From positions 12,011 through 76,010 of the forward strand of contig CAJWTC010000001.1 of assembly GCA_913046795.1 (NCBI GenBank): a stretch of 64,000 nucleotides of DNA, read 5' to 3'. The translations under genes were made by a program, and so were the position numbers. This document shows positions 1-10,021 of the stretch, in pieces. Positions within the stretch are counted from its first letter, which is position 1, and every line of letters starts with the position of its first letter. The notes beneath the pieces were generated by a model that saw only the letters and a program-made list of their open reading frames with translations, searched no databases and was not told the DNA's origin. The stretch comes from an uncultured Flammeovirgaceae bacterium. GTDB taxonomy: Bacteria; Bacteroidota; Bacteroidia; Cytophagales; MED-G16.

Positions 1-1
1 A

Positions 2-1108
2 TCATATTTTGAAATTAGCTTTTTTTTTATTTATAATTTTATTCTGAGCATTAATAGCTCCAAGGTGTATTACCTTATAGAGATCTTCAATAAAGTCTTT
101 ATCAAGTCCCTTCCCTTTTGCCCAATCAATTCTTGATTTAAAAATTTTATTCCACCTATCAACTTGAAATGTTGTGAGGTCTTGTTCTTTCTTAAATTCT
201 CCTATTTTTTCAACAAGTTGAATCCTTTTAGAAATAATATCTATAATCTCTTTGTCCACATCATCTATGTCATCTCTTATTTCATCAAGAAGGTGCTTGT
301 ATGATTTATCATCCTCTTCACTACTTTTTATCTTTAAATCAGATTTGATCTTTGATAATACTTCAGGTGTTACTTGTTGTTTAGCATCACTCCAGGCATT
401 ATCTGGGTCAATATGCGATTCGATTATTAAGCCATCGTAACCAAGGTCAAGAGCCTTTTGAGAGGTCTCGAATATCATTTCTCTGTTGCCACAGATATGT
501 GATGGATCACAGATAACAGGTAATTCAGGCATATTACTCATAAGATCAATCGCAATCTTCCACATTGGCACGTATCTATATTTAGATTTCCCAGTCATAG
601 AAAATCCTCTGTGAATTGCTCCTATTTTATTGATTCCAGCTTTATTAATTCTTTCAAGAGCACCCATCCATAATGATAGATCAGGATTTATAGGGTTTTT
701 TATTAGAACAGGTGTGTCAGTCCCCTTAATTGCGTCAGCAATTTCTTGAACAGAAAAAGGATTAACTGTAGTTCTAGCACCAATCCAGAGAATATCTATA
801 CCATATTTTAATGCTAACTCTATATGAGAAGTATTAGCGACCTCAACAGTAAACTGAACATCTAACTCTTTTTTTATATCAGCAATCCACTTGAGTGCAT
901 CTTCTCCATTACCCTCAAATGTACCAGGCCTTGTTCTAGGTTTCCAAACTCCAGCCCTCATAAGATTGATTCCATGAGATTTTAATTGAGTACATGTATC
1001 TCTAAGTTGATCGTAAGATTCAGCGCTACACGGGCCTGAGATTATTAATGGATCAGAATCATTTTTGATCCAAGTATTAATTGGATCTATGTTTAACTTT
1101 TTGCTCAT
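2..1108 (-). CDS. bifunctional 3-deoxy-7-phosphoheptulonate (DAHP) synthase, type I-beta / chorismate mutase
   Basis: 368 aa. The N-terminal ~260 aa carries I-beta DAHPS/KDO8PS-family motifs (ISGPCSAES, GVWKPRTRP, ICDPSH). The C-terminal ~90 aa is an AroQ-type chorismate mutase-like helical domain (IDKEIIDIISKRIQLVEKIGEFK). Stop TGA lies at 2-4, so the gene is complete. Confidence 0.9.
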   Translation of the reverse strand: MSKKLNIDPINTWIKNDSDPLIISGPCSAESYDQLRDTCTQLKSHGINLMRAGVWKPRTRPGTFEGNGEDALKWIADIKKELDVQFTVEVANTSHIELALKYGIDILWIGARTTVNPFSVQEIADAIKGTDTPVLIKNPINPDLSLWMGALERINKAGINKIGAIHRGFSMTGKSKYRYVPMWKIAIDLMSNMPELPVICDPSHICGNREMIFETSQKALDLGYDGLIIESHIDPDNAWSDAKQQVTPEVLSKIKSDLKIKSSEEDDKSYKHLLDEIRDDIDDVDKEIIDIISKRIQLVEKIGEFKKEQDLTTFQVDRWNKIFKSRIDWAKGKGLDKDFIEDLYKVIHLGAINAQNKIINKKKANFKI

Positions 1109-1116
1109 TTGTATTG

Positions 1117-1124
1117 TATTTTTG
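1117..1124 (+). promoter_or_regulatory. Bacteroidota-type -7 promoter box TAnnTTTG (TATTTTTG) upstream of proline dehydrogenase
   Basis: Exact match to TAnnTTTG, 31 nt upstream of the only possible start (GTG 1155). It sits in the 46-nt divergent spacer. Confidence 0.4.
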
Positions 1125-1154
1125 TTTTAATTCTAAATTAATTTATAAAAACGA

Positions 1155-2330
1155 GTGGTCAAAACTAGTAAAAACTTATTTAATAACACAGAATTAGCCT
1201 TTACTAATAAATCAAATTTTGAATTAAAGAAAGCTTTTTTTTTATTTTCAGTTCTTGATTTTCCTTTACTTACGAAAATTGGTAATAGCTTTCTTATTTT
1301 AGTTTTAAAATTGAAATTACCATTTAAGGGGATAATTAAAAAAACCATCTTTAATCATTTCTGTGGGGGGGAGACTATTGAAGAATGTGATAACGCATTT
1401 AATTCTTTAAAAAAATATAATATTAGCGCAATGCCAGAGTATTCTGTTGAGGCGGAATCTTCATTTGAAGGATTCGAAAATTACAAAAATGACTCTGTAG
1501 ATCTTATAAATTATCTAGGAGATTTATCTCTTCCATTTATAGCAATCAAATGTACCGGTCTCATGGATATTTCATCCCTAGAGAAAATATCTTCTGGAAA
1601 GCTTGATGAAAAGAGTGACGAGTATAAAAGTTTTTTTAAGAGGGTAGATGACTTATGTGATGTTGGAAATAAAAATAATGTAAAAGTACTTATTGACGCA
1701 GAGGAAAGTTGGATCCAAGATGCAATTGACACGTTGGGAATTGAGATGATGAGAAAATACAATAAAAAAAGAGCAAATGTTTTTTTAACTCATCAATGTT
1801 ATAGGACTGGAACCTTAGATAAGGTGAAAAGTAATTTAGAATTAGCTAAAAAAGAAAAGTTTTACCTTGGTGTCAAGTTGGTCAGAGGTGCTTACATGGA
1901 GAAGGAGAGAAAGAGAGCAATTGTTCATAATTATACCAGTCCTATCCATAACTCAAAAGATAATACCGATGAGGAGTTTAATAAATCTCTAATGTTTTGT
2001 GTAAAAAATATCAATAAAGTTTCATTATGGGTGGGTAGCCATAATGAAAATTCATGTTTAAAACTTATGGAGATGATGAAAGATAATAATATATCGAAAG
2101 ATGATCAAAGAATATGGTTTTCTCAGCTGTATGGGATGAGTGATAATATATCATATACATTGTCAAGTTTAAAATATAATGTAGTCAAACTAATACCATT
2201 TGGTCCAATAGAGAAGACAATTCCTTACCTGATAAGGAGAGCTAATGAAAATAGTTCTGTGAAAGGACAGAGTAATAGACAATTTACTCTTATAAAAGAC
2301 GAAATAAATAGAAGAAATAAATTAAATTAA
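1155..2330 (+). CDS. proline dehydrogenase (monofunctional PRODH)
   Basis: 391 aa with PRODH-family motifs FNHFCGGET, LIDAEESWIQDAID, GVKLVRGAYMEKER, FSQLYGMSD and YLIRRANENSSV. GTG at 1155 is the only in-frame start after the upstream TAA at 1146-1148. Confidence 0.88.
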   Translation: MVKTSKNLFNNTELAFTNKSNFELKKAFFLFSVLDFPLLTKIGNSFLILVLKLKLPFKGIIKKTIFNHFCGGETIEECDNAFNSLKKYNISAMPEYSVEAESSFEGFENYKNDSVDLINYLGDLSLPFIAIKCTGLMDISSLEKISSGKLDEKSDEYKSFFKRVDDLCDVGNKNNVKVLIDAEESWIQDAIDTLGIEMMRKYNKKRANVFLTHQCYRTGTLDKVKSNLELAKKEKFYLGVKLVRGAYMEKERKRAIVHNYTSPIHNSKDNTDEEFNKSLMFCVKNINKVSLWVGSHNENSCLKLMEMMKDNNISKDDQRIWFSQLYGMSDNISYTLSSLKYNVVKLIPFGPIEKTIPYLIRRANENSSVKGQSNRQFTLIKDEINRRNKLN

Positions 2331-2334
2331 ACAT

Positions 2335-3855
2335 ATGAGTATTACTGAACAGGAAGAACAAAGACGAAAATCAAGGGAGGAAATAATAAAATTAGGTATT
2401 GACCCCTATCCATCAGAATCTTTTAATATAAACACTGATTCGGAAGAAATAAAATCTGAATATGATGAGAAAAAGAAAAACTTTCAAGATGTTAGTATTT
2501 CTGGAAGGATAATGTCAAGGAGAGTTATGGGTTCAGCATCTTTCGCTGAGATTCAAGACTCAAAAGGAAAAATTCAGATTTATGTTAGGAGAGATGATAT
2601 ATGTGATGGTGAGGACAAGACTTTATACAATACAATTTTCAAGAAGAAATTAGACCTTGGTGATATAATTGGAGTGACAGGTCATGTATTTAAAACTCAA
2701 ATGGGAGAATTGACTATCCACGTAAGTAGTCTTAAGGTTTTATCTAAATCAGTTAGACCACTTCCCGTTGTGAAAGAGTCTACAGATGAACAAGGTGACT
2801 CAACTAAGCATGATGTATTTAGTAATAAAGAACTCAAGTACAGGAGAAGATATATTGATCTCATAGTAAATCCTGAGTCAAGAGAAATCTTTAGAAAGAG
2901 ATCAGCCATTATTAATGAAATCAGAAGTGTTCTTAACGAAAAAAATTTTTTAGAAGTTGAAACGCCAATTCTTCAACCTATTTATGGCGGCGCATCTGCT
3001 AGGCCATTTAAAACTTATCATAATACTCTTGATATACCTCTTTATTTAAGAATTGCAAATGAACTTTACCTAAAAAGGTTGATTGTAGGTGGGTTTGAGG
3101 GAGTATTTGAATTTGCTAAAGATTTTAGAAATGAGGGTATGTCTAGATTCCACAATCCAGAATTTACTCAGTGCGAGTTTTATGTTGCATATAAAGATTA
3201 TATATGGATGATGGATTTCATAGAAGATATGTTTAAAAGAATTGTTAAGAATGTCTGTGGTTCAACCAAAGTTAATTGTGGAGAAAATACTATTGATTTT
3301 AATAAGAAATGGGCGAGATATTCTATGTATGAGGCAATTGAGAAATTTACTTCTATTGACGTCACCAATATGGATGAAAATTCTTTGAGAAAAGTTTGTA
3401 AAGATTTGAATATTAAGGTCGATAAGTCTATGGCCAGAGGGAAGTTGATTGATGAAATTTTTGGTGAGAAATGCGAACCTAATCTTATACAACCAACTTA
3501 CATAACTGACTATCCTATTGAGATGTCTCCATTAGCTAAGAAACACAGGGACAAGGAGGGTCTTGTTGAGAGATTTGAATTGATATGTAATGGTAAAGAA
3601 ATTTGTAATGCTTTCTCTGAAATTAATGATCCAATTGACCAGAGAGAGAGATTTGAGGATCAAGTTAAACTAGGAAATAGAGGTGATGACGAGGCAATGG
3701 TACTTGATGAAGATTACCTAACTGCTCTTGAATATGGAATGCCTCCAACCGCTGGAATAGGCATTGGTATAGATAGATTAACTATGATTCTTACTAACTC
3801 AGATTCTATTCAGGATGTTCTCTTTTTCCCTCAAATGAAACCAGAGAACTCTTAA
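2335..3855 (+). CDS. lysS: lysine--tRNA ligase (class II)
   Basis: 506 aa with an N-terminal OB-fold anticodon-binding region. Class II motifs present (FRNEGMSRFHNPEFT, ELCNAFSELNDP-like EICNAFSEINDP, GIGIGIDRL). Confidence 0.97.
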   Translation: MSITEQEEQRRKSREEIIKLGIDPYPSESFNINTDSEEIKSEYDEKKKNFQDVSISGRIMSRRVMGSASFAEIQDSKGKIQIYVRRDDICDGEDKTLYNTIFKKKLDLGDIIGVTGHVFKTQMGELTIHVSSLKVLSKSVRPLPVVKESTDEQGDSTKHDVFSNKELKYRRRYIDLIVNPESREIFRKRSAIINEIRSVLNEKNFLEVETPILQPIYGGASARPFKTYHNTLDIPLYLRIANELYLKRLIVGGFEGVFEFAKDFRNEGMSRFHNPEFTQCEFYVAYKDYIWMMDFIEDMFKRIVKNVCGSTKVNCGENTIDFNKKWARYSMYEAIEKFTSIDVTNMDENSLRKVCKDLNIKVDKSMARGKLIDEIFGEKCEPNLIQPTYITDYPIEMSPLAKKHRDKEGLVERFELICNGKEICNAFSEINDPIDQRERFEDQVKLGNRGDDEAMVLDEDYLTALEYGMPPTAGIGIGIDRLTMILTNSDSIQDVLFFPQMKPENS

Positions 3856-6497
3856 AGGTTATCAAAGAATCTGCTCCTCTTTTCAAGTTTAAGATCTTGG
3901 AGTAGTGCTGAAACAGCATTGATTGATAAGTTATAAGATTGGAATCTTCCAAAAGGAACCCAACTGAAGTTAATCCTCCAACAGTGTAGATCCCTTGTTG
4001 CGTTTATACTTGTCTGAGTTAACATCTTATTTTTGAAGTCGTAACCAGAACGAAACGATAGTTTAGTTTTTTCAGAAATACTTAGATCTCCTGAAAAGGT
4101 AAGAGTTTGTGTTAGAGTTGGATCCTTATACCCAATCTTTCGCCGATTTAAGTTATAACTGGCATTTACAGACCATGGCACATTAAAATCTATATATTCT
4201 GCCATATTTGAATTTATGTAATCTAGTTCTTGTCTTGATCCAAATTCTGAATCAAGTTCTTCCTTTCTTGAATCACTTTTAAAATCATTAGCAGAAAATC
4301 GAAAGCCAAGTGCAATATTTATAAAGTCTAATGAGCCGATACCTTTTTTATTTAGAAGAGCTAGGTCACTTACTCTTCTCTGATATATGACCTGAGAACC
4401 ATTTGATAATTCAGTTGTGCTATCTAATTTATATGTGTATGGGTCAACATTTCCAGATAGGCTCAAGTTTATTAAACCCTTAAAGAAAGAAGTCCTTGCA
4501 GTAAACCGGATAGGGTTTAATTTGAAAGAGTCAGCAAGAAAATTATAGCTAGAGGTAAATGCTAAGTTTTCAAATATTTTTATTTTTTTAGTTCCACTTA
4601 TTGAATCATTTTTATCTAATACCTTTAATTCTAAATTATTACCAATATAAAAGTTCATTGATGCTGAACTTCCAATTCTTGGAGTTCCATAAAGAAAGTT
4701 TTCGTATTTGCTAAGTAATTTTGTATCTCCTTCTTCATTTATTCTAACATCTTCGTAATAACCAAATTTAGGTTTAGTGAAGTCAGGGCTGAAAGAGAAT
4801 GAGATTTCGGGAGAAATCACATGTCTAATTGCTTTAATTTTACCCTTTTTAAAAAATAGTGTTCCATAAATTCGCGTCGACATAGACAATGCGGTGTTGT
4901 ATGACCACGCTCTAGAAAATGCATTCGTTGTATCTATTTTAACTCCATTTTCTATCTCATTATAGGTGTAGTTTAATTTTTTTAGGTACCATATTTCTTC
5001 ATAGTTTACATTAGGGCTAAATGTGAAATATTTAAACAAATTAAAAGAAGTAGATATTGGTATTGTGTGCTTAACTCCAATTTTTGATCTGTCTAGTATT
5101 GAACTAAAATTATCTAAATCAAATTCAATTTGTTCTGAGAAATTATCAGATGAATTTATAATATTTACTCCATTTAAGCTACTACCTATGCCAGCATTAC
5201 TTAACTGAACTCTTCCAGTGAATCTGTGACTTATACTTAATTTACCAAGAGCCGACTTTCCAAGTTTACCTACATTTTTGAAAGGATATATACGACTCAT
5301 ACTATAGCTCACATCGGGTAGGGTCAGGTTAACTTTTTTTGTTTGTACATTTTGAGAGTGTCTTAGATTAGCTGAGAAATTAAATGGAGTCCCTTTAAAT
5401 GTTTTACTGTAGGAGATATTAGAGTTGAATTGGGCATTGATACTTTCGTTAAAGTTAGTATAGACCAAATTTTTATTCTGATTATATGAGTTGGTCTGAA
5501 AGTTTACAGAAGATGAGAATCTACTTGATTTTCCTCTAGTGTCAGGAGAATGTGACCAGGCTAATGAAAAATCTTTTGAAATACCGGAGTTCTCAAATTC
5601 TCCCATTTTCGTGCTATTATAATCAAACCTTAGGCTGCCATTGTAAGAGTATCTCTTCTTATAATTAGTTCCTAGGGAAAGACCATAACTCCCTTTCGAA
5701 TATATGTCACCCGTTAGCTGAAGATCTAATTTCTCATTTACAGCAAAGTAATAACCACCATCTCTAAGGTAGAAACCTCTCCTCTTCTCCTCACCATAGT
5801 TAGGCATAATTATTCCAGATACTGTTTTTTTAGGTTGTGGGAACATTCCGAAAATAAACCCTAAAGGTGTTGGGATATCTCCAAATTTTAAATGAAATGG
5901 ACCTGATACTACCTTTTTTCCGGGAATGACCTTTATTTTTTTTGCTGATATATGAAAATGAGGCTCTGCAAGATTACAGGTTGTGTATTTGGCATCATGA
6001 ATAAATAATTCATCGAACTCATTCTTTTTTACATCTTTTCCCTGCATATATGCATCATCAAGCTGGGTTACTATACCTTTAATTTTAGCTTTTTTTGAAT
6101 CAAAATTATAACTTATCTTATCTGTCTCGTAGGATTGATTTTCCTCAGTAAATATTGGTTTACCAATTTTTTTCCCGAGGGTATCAAATTTAAAATTTGC
6201 ATCAATTAATTTATTATTCCAATCAATTTCAATCTCTTCAGCTTTAAGATTAATAGTGCCATAATCAATATTAGAATCACCGTACATATTAATTTTTTGA
6301 TTCTCCATATTGTAATAAATAGAATCGCTTGCGATGTAGTTGACAGTTGTCTCAATTTCACCTTTTACAATTACAGAATCATTTCTTATTATTTCTAGAC
6401 TGTCGGAGTTTGAATTTATGTATAATGAGTCCATTCCATCTTGTGAATAGATCATATTAGGTAACAGTAATAAAATATACAATGCTATTATTCTCAA
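3852..6497 (-). CDS. LptD/OstA-like outer-membrane LPS-assembly protein (Bacteroidota long form)
   Basis: 881 aa. Signal peptide MRIIALYILLLLPNMIYSQ (TTG start). N-terminal OstA-like beta-jellyroll repeats, followed by a long region rich in beta-strands with alternating aromatic residues, typical of an outer-membrane barrel. Lies next to the amidase gene, as in other Flavobacteriia. Confidence 0.6.
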   Translation of the reverse strand: MRIIALYILLLLPNMIYSQDGMDSLYINSNSDSLEIIRNDSVIVKGEIETTVNYIASDSIYYNMENQKINMYGDSNIDYGTINLKAEEIEIDWNNKLIDANFKFDTLGKKIGKPIFTEENQSYETDKISYNFDSKKAKIKGIVTQLDDAYMQGKDVKKNEFDELFIHDAKYTTCNLAEPHFHISAKKIKVIPGKKVVSGPFHLKFGDIPTPLGFIFGMFPQPKKTVSGIIMPNYGEEKRRGFYLRDGGYYFAVNEKLDLQLTGDIYSKGSYGLSLGTNYKKRYSYNGSLRFDYNSTKMGEFENSGISKDFSLAWSHSPDTRGKSSRFSSSVNFQTNSYNQNKNLVYTNFNESINAQFNSNISYSKTFKGTPFNFSANLRHSQNVQTKKVNLTLPDVSYSMSRIYPFKNVGKLGKSALGKLSISHRFTGRVQLSNAGIGSSLNGVNIINSSDNFSEQIEFDLDNFSSILDRSKIGVKHTIPISTSFNLFKYFTFSPNVNYEEIWYLKKLNYTYNEIENGVKIDTTNAFSRAWSYNTALSMSTRIYGTLFFKKGKIKAIRHVISPEISFSFSPDFTKPKFGYYEDVRINEEGDTKLLSKYENFLYGTPRIGSSASMNFYIGNNLELKVLDKNDSISGTKKIKIFENLAFTSSYNFLADSFKLNPIRFTARTSFFKGLINLSLSGNVDPYTYKLDSTTELSNGSQVIYQRRVSDLALLNKKGIGSLDFINIALGFRFSANDFKSDSRKEELDSEFGSRQELDYINSNMAEYIDFNVPWSVNASYNLNRRKIGYKDPTLTQTLTFSGDLSISEKTKLSFRSGYDFKNKMLTQTSINATRDLHCWRINFSWVPFGRFQSYNLSINAVSALLQDLKLEKRSRFFDNL

Positions 6498-6537
6498 TTT
6501 TATAAATATATTCGTTTTGTATAAATTTACTTTTTTG

Positions 6538-6545
6538 CAAATTTA
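6538..6545 (-). promoter_or_regulatory. -7 promoter box TAnnTTTG (TAAATTTG on minus strand) upstream of the lptD-like gene
   Basis: Plus-strand CAAATTTA at 6538-6545, about 41 nt upstream of the start at 6497. Part of a TTTGCAAA palindrome (6534-6541). Confidence 0.4.
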
Positions 6546-6570
6546 TTGAGTTGAAGTTTAATAATTATCA

Positions 6571-7350
6571 ATGAGAAAAATTAATATATCAATTTTACTA
6601 GGTTTACTACTTATTTTAACTTCTTTTAACTCACTCAATAAACAATATAGATTCCAAACTATTGTAATTGATGCTGGTCATGGTGGTAAAGACCCTGGTG
6701 CAAGAGGTAAATTCTCATGGGAAAAAGACATTGCTCTTTCTATATCACTAGAGTTAGGTCGAATTTTAAAAGAAAATATTCCAAATGTTAATGTATTGTA
6801 TACACGTAAGGATGATAGGTTTTTAACATTATATAAACGTTCTGAAATTGCTAATAAGGCAGAAGCTGATCTTTTTATTTCTATTCATGCTGATTCTTTT
6901 TCTAAATCATCTGTTTACGGTGCCACAACATATTTAATGGGTCTTAGTAAATCATCAGCAAATATGAATGTTGCAAAAAGAGAAAACTCAGTCATTTTCA
7001 TGGAAGAAAACTTTGAGCAAACTTATAAGGACTTCGACCCAAATTCATCCGAATCAGTAATGTTACTGAGCCTTACCCAGAAAGCTAAAATAGATAACAG
7101 CACAATTCTTGCAAATTTAATTCAGGATCAATTTGAAAATAGGGTTGGGATAAGATCAAGGGGAGTTAAACAGGCTCCATTTCAGGTATTGTGGAATACA
7201 ACAATGCCAAGTGTACTTATAGAGACAGGTTTTATGACTAACCCAAGTGAGGAAAAGAAATTAAATAATAAAACACATAGGGTTTATATAGCTTCAGCAA
7301 TTTTTAGAGCTATTCGTGATTATAAAGAAATTTTAGAATCAAATGTTTAA
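6571..7350 (+). CDS. N-acetylmuramoyl-L-alanine amidase (Amidase_3 family)
   Basis: 259 aa with a signal peptide. Zn-ligand motifs VIDAGHGGKDPGA, SIHADS and LIETGFMTN. Confidence 0.9.
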   Translation: MRKINISILLGLLLILTSFNSLNKQYRFQTIVIDAGHGGKDPGARGKFSWEKDIALSISLELGRILKENIPNVNVLYTRKDDRFLTLYKRSEIANKAEADLFISIHADSFSKSSVYGATTYLMGLSKSSANMNVAKRENSVIFMEENFEQTYKDFDPNSSESVMLLSLTQKAKIDNSTILANLIQDQFENRVGIRSRGVKQAPFQVLWNTTMPSVLIETGFMTNPSEEKKLNNKTHRVYIASAIFRAIRDYKEILESNV

Positions 7351-7359
7351 TTTTGATTT

Positions 7360-8310
7360 ATGAGTAAAGAGATTAAAGTTGGTTTGATTGGCGTAATAGG
7401 TCTAGTATTATTTTACCTAGGCTCAAATTTTTTAAAAGGAATTGATTTCTTTTCTCCAATTAATAGATACTATGCAGTTTATGAGAATGTAGATGGTTTA
7501 ATTGTTGCAAACCCAGTCATTGTAAATGGTTATTCAGTCGGAAGAGTAAGTGAAATTAGAATTCTTCAAGATAGAGATAATAAAATTTTAGTCTCTATGG
7601 ATATTGATAAAGATTTAATAATAGGAAAAAGTTCAAAAGCAACTCTTAGTAGCAATGATTTTCTTGGAAGTAAGGCAATCGTTTTATCGATTGGTGATAT
7701 TAGTTCACCTATAAGCGAGGGTGACACAATTATGTCAGAAATAGCAGGAGGATTATCTGAACTTTTAGAGAAAGCAACCCCAATTACTGATAATTTAGGA
7801 GTTACTATTAGTAGGTTAAATGATATTCTAGCAAGTCTTAGAGGTAGTGGGGATATGATAACAACAACGCTTGATAATTTAAATAAAGTTCTTACCAACA
7901 CTAATAATTTAATTGACACAAATGAGGAGACAATAACATCAACCTTAGATAATTTAAATAATTTGACTGATGACCTCTCTAAAAAACTTAATGATATTGA
8001 TCCTATAATTAAAGGAGCAAATGATATGATAAGTAACCTTAGCAGCGTAGATTTTGAGAATACCTTTAATCAAATTGATATTCTACTTTCATCTGCAAAT
8101 GGTGTTTTTGATGATATTGAATCTGGAGAGGGAGGTACTCTTTCTTTACTTCTGTCAGATGATTCTCTCTATAACAACCTCAATAAAACCGCTTTTGATC
8201 TGGATAAACTACTTAAGCACATTAACGAAAACCCTAAACACTTCTTTGCTCCACTAGGCAAGAGCAGGAAAAAAATTGAGAGGGATTTAAGGAAGCAAGG
8301 TAAAGAGTAA
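7360..8310 (+). CDS. MlaD/MCE-domain protein
   Basis: 316 aa with an N-terminal TM helix. MCE domain signature (VYENVDGLIVANPVIVNGYSVGRV) followed by a long coiled-coil/helical tail. Confidence 0.8.
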   Translation: MSKEIKVGLIGVIGLVLFYLGSNFLKGIDFFSPINRYYAVYENVDGLIVANPVIVNGYSVGRVSEIRILQDRDNKILVSMDIDKDLIIGKSSKATLSSNDFLGSKAIVLSIGDISSPISEGDTIMSEIAGGLSELLEKATPITDNLGVTISRLNDILASLRGSGDMITTTLDNLNKVLTNTNNLIDTNEETITSTLDNLNNLTDDLSKKLNDIDPIIKGANDMISNLSSVDFENTFNQIDILLSSANGVFDDIESGEGGTLSLLLSDDSLYNNLNKTAFDLDKLLKHINENPKHFFAPLGKSRKKIERDLRKQGKE

Positions 8311-8311
8311 G

Positions 8312-8920
8312 TTAAGTAGTGTATGATATCACGTGGCCATTAAGTTCAATAGTTTTTAATGAATATGACTTGTTGCCAACTTCACTCTTAAATAAATTAT
8401 CACCTTCTCTTTTCACATTAATCTTATTAAGTGGTATGGTTTCACCTCCCACCTTGTAGCTTGATTCTTTAACTGACCAAATCTTAGTAATACCTTTAAT
8501 ATCATCCCCCACATATTTCATTTCTTTATTATTTAAAAATTTATTTTGAATTCTTCTGATTTTTTTGTCTACTCTCTCTACATCAACCCCACAATTATTT
8601 TCTAAGTTGATCATACCTACAGCATATGGATACTTGTGAGATATAGATATACCACCATTTTTAAGTCCATTTAAGGTAGGTTTGCCATTATTATCCTTAG
8701 ATATACCGTTATACTTTTTACCTATAATTTCGCAGCAATATTTTATAGCTAGCCTTGATGCAATATGTTCCATTAATTTAATTTCATTTTTTATATTGAT
8801 ACTTTTTCCAAAAATTCTTTTGAGTTCATTTAGTGACTCATCTATCTTCCATATTGAGATAGTTATGGAATCATTAGGGGAAAGAGTTTTTATAATTGGC
8901 ATATTACATCTAATTAACAT
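8312..8920 (-). CDS. 4'-phosphopantetheinyl transferase (Sfp type)
   Basis: 202 aa with PPTase motifs GKP, ISISH, GVDVERV and WSVKESSYK. An alternative ATG at 8902 (MPIIKTL) is possible. Confidence 0.8.
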   Translation of the reverse strand: MLIRCNMPIIKTLSPNDSITISIWKIDESLNELKRIFGKSINIKNEIKLMEHIASRLAIKYCCEIIGKKYNGISKDNNGKPTLNGLKNGGISISHKYPYAVGMINLENNCGVDVERVDKKIRRIQNKFLNNKEMKYVGDDIKGITKIWSVKESSYKVGGETIPLNKINVKREGDNLFKSEVGNKSYSLKTIELNGHVISYTT

Positions 8921-8965
8921 AAAATTATTAAATATTTAAATGATTTTATTTAAATTAATAGATAT

Positions 8966-10021
8966 ATGGAGAGCAATAATTCTCATGATATTCAAAATCA
9001 AAATTTCAGTACCGGTTTCAGAGGTTACGACAAGAGTCAGGTAGATAATTATCTTAAAATTTTATCAAAAGAGTTTGAGATATTAGAGACAAAAGTTTCG
9101 GATCTAAACAAAAATATTAGTGACCTTAAGTTAGATTCAGAAAAGTTTAAAAGTGTTGAAAATTCTCTTATAACAACATTAAAGACGGCTGAGGATACAG
9201 GTAAAAATATTGTAGAGAAAGCAAAGGAGGATGTAAGATCAATTATAGATGACTCGAGAAAAGAGTTATCAAGTATAAGAGACGAATACAACTCCATGCA
9301 AGAGATGAGAGATTCTATAGTAGAGGAATTAAAAAATTTAAGTAAAAAAATAGACACGGAAGTTAGTAAAGTAAATGTAGATGCTGATTTTGATGAGATT
9401 GAGAAAAATGTAGACGCTGTAGAAGAAAATATTTTAAGCTCTGAAGACGATTCTCAAAATATAGATGATGAGATAATTAATACTTTAGAAGATGAAGAAC
9501 CCGAGCCAGAAGAGATAGAACCTTCAATTGATGCGAGTGATTCTGTTATGGAAGATAAGAATGAGGATGAAAATTCTGCTGATGAAATTTCAGAATCTAC
9601 TGATGTAGAAAATTATGATAATGAGGCTGAATTATTTCCAGATGAGAAATTAGATGATGATATTTATGAGGTGACTACTGAGCCCAGAGATGAGGAGGAG
9701 TTGATGGAGGAGGAAGAACCAGAAGATGAAGAAAATTTAATCTCTTCTGATGATGGTGATATTGTTGTGGATGAAATTTTAAGTGAAGATTCACAGGAAG
9801 AAGAAATGACTGCAGATGAAATATTTGGTGGAAGTGAAACGGAGACAGATAACGTAGAGGATGATGAGGAGATAGAGGTAGGACTAGATATCGAGGTAGA
9901 GGAAGAAAGTGAGTCAGTTGATGATGAAGAAACTAAAAAAACCGATAAAGAAGAGGTAAGCAGCAAAAAAGATAAAGATAATTCCCAAAAATCCTTTTTT
10001 GATACATTCGATGAAAATTAA
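8966..10021 (+). CDS. DivIVA-domain protein with long poly-acidic C-terminal tail
   Basis: 351 aa. N-terminal DivIVA signature FSTGFRGYDKSQVDNYL plus a coiled coil. From about residue 135 onward it is a D/E-rich low-complexity region. Confidence 0.75.
   Translation: MESNNSHDIQNQNFSTGFRGYDKSQVDNYLKILSKEFEILETKVSDLNKNISDLKLDSEKFKSVENSLITTLKTAEDTGKNIVEKAKEDVRSIIDDSRKELSSIRDEYNSMQEMRDSIVEELKNLSKKIDTEVSKVNVDADFDEIEKNVDAVEENILSSEDDSQNIDDEIINTLEDEEPEPEEIEPSIDASDSVMEDKNEDENSADEISESTDVENYDNEAELFPDEKLDDDIYEVTTEPRDEEELMEEEEPEDEENLISSDDGDIVVDEILSEDSQEEEMTADEIFGGSETETDNVEDDEEIEVGLDIEVEEESESVDDEETKKTDKEEVSSKKDKDNSQKSFFDTFDEN

Noticed and set aside
3852-3855. TTAA sites as transposon target-site duplications
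   Set aside because: Each TTAA is just the overlap of two TAA stop codons in an AT-rich genome. No terminal inverted repeats or transposase genes are nearby.
7566-7919. 117-aa minus-strand ORF within the MlaD gene, together with similar 60-110-aa antisense ORFs at 23198-23527, 29292-29603, 37242-37562, 46545-46844 and 48334-48660
   Set aside because: All are embedded antisense in genes with strong homology signatures. Long spurious ORFs are not surprising opposite real genes, and none has an independent promoter box or a recognisable motif.
9664-9966. 100-aa Ser-rich minus-strand ORF
   Set aside because: It is the mirror image of the GAA/GAT-rich acidic tail of the DivIVA-domain gene. The TCn serine codons are simply the complement of GAn.
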